From positions 19,778,001 to 19,842,000 of the forward strand of contig OZ024746.1 in the NCBI GenBank assembly GCA_964016885.1: a stretch of DNA of 64,000 nucleotides. The letters are read 5' to 3'. The stretch comes from Eledone cirrhosa (taxonomy: Eukaryota). The position numbers and the translations under genes are program-made. Below are positions 59,000 through 64,000 of the stretch, one piece after another (within the stretch, counting starts at the first letter, position 1; each line of letters begins with the position of its first letter). The notes below the pieces were generated by a model. The model worked only from the letters and a program-made list of their open reading frames with translations. It was not told where the DNA came from and ran no database searches.

Positions 59000-59400
59000 T
59001 ATTCTTAGCAGTTATTAGTGTGATTTATTATGGAGAGATAGGGTATTAGATAGGTCTGGTATAATCCATCATGGATCTAATAAGGTTGTACATTAGTGTT
59101 GTTTGTGTTGGCCAAATATGGAGCTTTTAGAGTGTTTTTGTTTCTTTTATGACTGTTGTGAGTAATTTCATTTATTTTTGTCCTCTGTCTCCTAGCTAAT
59201 GGTTGTTTGAACTTTGGTCTTGGTTGTGAAAATGAAATTGAATTTTATAGGTGCTATTTTGTGTGTATGTGGGGAGGTTGTATTGATATAAGTTAATAAA
59301 AGTAGGTGAGAGGAAGGTTCTTTGTGGTACACCATTTTGGAAATTACAGGTTTTAGCTTGTTTAGGTACACTTGATAGGGTTGGTAACTTGAGAGCTAGT
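59000..59400 (-). mobile_element. Degenerate LINE RT fragment
   Basis: NGVPQRTFLSPTFINLY corresponds to GVPQGSVLSPTLFNLY. Confidence 0.55.
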
Positions 59401-59999
59401 TTGCTAGCTAGCGTTTTTTTGACATTTTTTTTTGGCGAAGTGCCAATAACTGGCAAATAAGTTTGAAAATAATTAAGAATTTAAAGGGATTTAGTCATAT
59501 AACTATCTCATTATTTATCTTTTAGTTTGAAACAACATAAAAGTTCTTAATAGAATTATGGTGGAAGGAATTTAAATACACAGCTTAATATTGTAGAATC
59601 AGTGGTGGTTTGGTATCGAAAGGGTTAATACTTTATAAGTAGGTAGCAGAAAATGGTGTTGAGTACATTCTTAGTGCCAATAGTAAATGGAATGGTGTGT
59701 ATAGTTATTTTTGTTGAAATAGTCATATATTTCTAGGATTTTAGGTAGGGGGTTCTTTATTTGTTTTAGCCAGCATGGTTAAGGCCATGCTGGAATACTT
59801 ACTAATTTGGTTGAATCATAATTTTGCTTGGTTTCCAAATTCTGAGAATTTGACAGTTGTGATGAGTGTGTAATAATTTTCAATAGCTTTAGGTGTATAT
59901 TGGTGATTTCATCAAATTGATTTAAAAAAATATTTTTGTTAGTTTTTTTAGTATCTAATGGTATCAGATTCTAGGTTTTGATACCACTTCCAGTCTTGC

Positions 60000-60670
60000 T
60001 ACGTGTGTCAATTTTATTCATGAAGATTATGAACAGGAACGGTGACAATAAGCACTCTTGGCAGTCCGGCACCTGCATTGAATGATTTCGACTTAACACT
60101 ATTTATCAGAACATAGATACTAGGGTGTTCGTTTAAGGACTTCAAGGCAGCAAGAACCACAGAACATGGTTGTATGTCTTTTCAAGGTCCATGAAAAGCA
60201 TGCACCTCTTGGTAATACTCTCACAATTTCTTGAAGACCTGCCGCAATGTGAATATTTGGTCATATTTGGTCCTTTTGTACATAGGGAGAAACGTTTTGT
60301 GGTCAACAGTGGAAGTAGCTCTCTGAACTTGTTCCATCCTATCCATATTCTAGCTATTATGCTCTCAGAGCACCCTCTTCCTTTGCTAATTATGTTGCCT
60401 TCTATGGGTTCTTCCTGTGACTAGAATAGGTTTACATCACTGGCTCTTTTCCCTTTGGTTACCCCTGTGCATCTTCTTCAAAGTTTTCGCTTCCTGTTTG
60501 CCCGTTATCCCACTACATCTCTTGTATACCCAAGATTTACATTGTATACATCATATGGAGTATATGCCTACTCCCTTTCTACATATTGAGCAAGGCCACT
60601 TCCCTGGAGGGATCAGGGTCCTATCTTCTCTCACACTCACTAGTACTTTAGTTTTGGCTAAGTTTACTCT
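60000..60670 (-). mobile_element. Degenerate RTE-type RT fragments
   Basis: QECLLSPFLFIIFM on the minus strand near 60010-60090; 60280-60670 is homologous to the RTE fragments at 11460-11570 and 57470-57860. Confidence 0.55.
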
Positions 60671-61061
60671 TTATATATATTTATAAAGCACCCTGTCTAT
60701 ACTGTAAGGTGGCCTGTGTTGGTGGCACAAGAAAAAGCACCCAGTCCACTCCAGATGTAGAAACCAAGTCAAAATATAGATCCGTATGAGCAAGACATAG
60801 TCACCTGAGCTGACTTGTTTCATAACGTAACAACCTGTCTAACCCATGAAAGCGTGGAACATTAAATGTTAAATGATGATAGTCATTTATAAGTTTATTT
60901 CTGAGTGATGTGTTGCTTCATTTCAATCAATAAATTATGGTGTCAACAGTATTAAGCACTCTACGTTGTCTGTAGTATGTATCCAACACTGATATGGGGA
61001 TCACATCTAATACAATGAAGTATCTTTATAAGAAAAATAAATGTTAAGAAAGGTTTATGTA

Positions 61062-61343
61062 ATTACATAATTATATTTATTACATTATACACTTTTCCTC
61101 AATGCTAGTGCATAGTAATTATTCAATTGCAACCACAACAACAACAGTTGGCATTTTAGACAGTTGGATGTGTCTCTCTGTTTGGGGCATATAAACAACT
61201 TATTTATTTTGTTATAGACATTTATGGATAATTATTTTTATGTAATTGTCTGAACATGTCGTGCCAGCTGTTGTTGTTGTTGTTATTACATAATTACAAT
61301 ATGCTAGCATTGCAGAAATAACGTAATAAATATAATGTAATTA
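61062..61343. mobile_element. Old fold-back/MITE with ~100-bp diverged inverted repeats
   Basis: TTATATTTATTAC..CAATGCTAG..CAACAACAACAGTTGGCA versus TGCCAGCTGTTGTTGTTG..CTAGCATTG..GTAATAAATATAA. Confidence 0.55.
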
Positions 61344-61913
61344 AAGGCTTCTGCCTATTACTGGTACCATGTAACCCAGTACAATCTGCTTCATGGTCCA
61401 GTGGTCAGCAACTAAACCCCACCACCAGACCCTGGTCTGGTGTGGAGGGTAAATGGAACCTCAGCAGCACAAAAAAAGCCTTCTTCCCCAATTATGGGTT
61501 AAATCCTCACCAACCTGCAATTGGACAAGTGTAGTGAGAATGGCTATATCACTGACATGACCAAAACCAAACAGAAAGCTGTGGAGATCAACAAAAGAGG
61601 GATTCCTCCAACAACAGTGAGACAGCCCTGGGTTAGATTGGATTTTAACCTTCAGCATGCTAGTAATTTTTATTCATATATATATATATATACACACACT
61701 CTCATCCAGACTCATTTTATGAACTATTTTTATTTCAAAGTCTGCACAGAGAATCAAACCCTGAAGACTTGTTATATTGGTTTGTGTTTGTATGGATATA
61801 TCTTTAATATTTTGACACTTCCTGTTTCTACAGCTTATAATTACAATAATTACATTAAAAACAAAATTGTATGGGTGTGTGTGTGTGGTTGTCTGAATGA
61901 GTATGTGTGTATG

Positions 61914-61953
<40 letters not shown>

Positions 61954-62780
61954 TTCATACATACAGACATATGTAAATACATTTGCACATATATACCTGT
62001 GTGTGTGTATGTATAGTATTGGTGATCTACATGATAAGCACATCTCTGGTCTTTCTGGGAGGTCAGTAGCTCCGCATCAGTACTGACTTGGACTGTATAG
62101 ACCTGTCCAACCCTTGCTAACAGGGAAAGTTGATGTTAAACAATGATGATGATGATGATAATGATATAAAGTTATATATATATATATATATATATATTTT
62201 GTATGTGTGTGGGGAAAATATATATGTGAACGTGTGATAAGTATGTATGTATATGTGGGTGTGTCAGGATGTGACTGTAGTTTTGTAATCACAGATGTGA
62301 ATAAAGTAAGGGATGTCACTGAATTAGTCAAACATGTCTTGCTCTAACAAGCATAAAAACAAATTGGCATTGAATAGATTCAGCATGATTAGAAGTTGGC
62401 ATGGTATGAACCTATAACTCCTATGGGAGTCATAGGGGCGCTGTATTGAAATAGTGTGTTTCTAAGGGCATTTTAAAACCTGACGGAACCCATCTCTCTA
62501 GATCTGAATACAGCAGATTTCTTCCAGAGAAGAGTGAAGAATGGAATTGAGAAAGAAATAGAAGAATCCACCCCAGTACTAGGCTGGTACTTTTTTTTAT
62601 CAACCTCAAATGGATGAAAGGCAAAATTGATCTCAATTAGATTAGAAGTTACTTAGTATAATTTTAGAAATGTATTTATAAAATGTGTTTTTTCATACAA
62701 TATTATAAGTTTTTGTACTTGATATTCTTGTATTACCATTTTTTATTGAATAATTTTTGTTTTTGTCTTCATAATTTTAG

Positions 62781-62882
62781 ATGACTTCCAGTGACAAAGA
62801 TTTTCGTTTTATGGCTACAAATGATCTGATGGGAGAATTACAGAAAGATTCCATTAAATTGGATGATGAAAGTGAAAGAAAA
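62781..62882 (+). CDS. CAND1: CAND1 coding exon 2 ([34 protein letters not shown]); gene continues beyond the window
   Basis: TTTTAG acceptor, GTATGT donor, 102 nt, phase 0-0; nearly identical to CAND1 [34 protein letters not shown]. Confidence 0.97.
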
Positions 62883-64000
62883 GTATGTATAAATATTTTA
62901 GATTACAATACTCTATAAATTGCAGATTGTAGAAAGCTTGCCAAACAAAGGGTTTGGAAGACTCTTTAGTTATGTTGAGGACATGACAACCTCTCAAGTG
63001 CTGGATAAAAGCACCCAGTATATGCTGTAAATTGGTTGATGGTAGGAAGAGCATCCATCCATAGAAAGCTTGTCAAACAAGGGGTGGAGGACCCTTTAGT
63101 TGTGTCAAGGGCATGACAACCTCCATAGTGCTGGTGATCTACACGATAAAAGCATCCAGCAATTGAAAGCTTTTCAAACAATGGGTTGGGAGGACCCTTC
63201 AATTTGTATTAAAAGATATGACAACAACTTCTGTGCACTCACTAAATCGTATGGCCATACTTTAGTGAGATACAGACCCTTCAGTCTGTCTGGGAGGTCA
63301 GTAGCCCCACTTCAATACTGACTTGGTCTATGTAGACCCATCCAACCCTTGCTTGCAAGAAAAGAAGATGTTAAACAATGATTGTAGATGTGAAGTAGCC
63401 AATTACACATCTGTTTCTCTATGCTGTTTGCAGTATGTTATATTGACACCTCACTTATGAGTAGGCACTATATTCTCACCACTTCATCATTTGAAAGATA
63501 TTTCTTTAAATATCTGTCTCAGTCTTCCTCTGAGAATTTTATCTTAGATCTTGTACATATGCATGAAAATAGCAGAATTCATCAAAATTAAAAATATTGC
63601 ATGCTTGTGCATTCACATGAGCATATGTTTATGCATTCCTATATGCATAGACATAAACATTATAGGCAGTAACCTTTTAGTCAGTAAGATAATTTATTAG
63701 TGCTTGCTTTTCCATGTGCATCATCGTAAAGAGTGTGGTTTTAGTCTGTCTTGGATGCTCATCAGGCCAGTGCTTATCCCGGGTCCAAGGCATGAAGTGA
63801 CTGAGTGTACAAGACTCCCACCTGGACAAGATGTCAATCCATCACAGGGTTAAACCCCCCAGCTACTACTGGTACTCATTTTCAGCTGAGTATACTGGAA
63901 CTACATGAAATGAAGTGTTTTGTTCAAGAACACAACACACAACCCAGTCCAGGAATCTAACCCACATCATTATGATGGGATTTTACGGGTAAAACCAACC

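Overview
AT-rich animal genomic DNA, most likely from a coleoid cephalopod such as Octopus (inferred from the microsatellite and SINE/RTE landscape, not tested). Two spliced genes sit head-to-head about 8.7 kb apart. (1) A parvin gene on the minus strand: ATG at 43339, 11 phase-consistent coding exons down to 25138 (315 codons), plus a candidate 18-nt microexon. Its last ~50 codons were not found in the window. (2) The first two coding exons of CAND1 on the plus strand (52056-52097, 62781-62882). Downstream of parvin exon 11 lies a ~12 kb (TA)n/(TACA)n complex that has repeatedly taken up retroelements. It holds an uninterrupted CR1/L2-type APE+RT ORF (20262-23346), two further 3'-end copies of that same family, an RTE 3' end, and a fold-back element carrying half of a type I hammerhead ribozyme (Penelope-like; more copies at 42.2 and 51.1-51.4 kb, all in TA runs). 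The rest is tRNA-derived SINEs, RTE/R4/CR1 fragments, TA- and TTAA-flanked MITEs and simple repeats. Most long ORFs in the supplied track are microsatellite artefacts.
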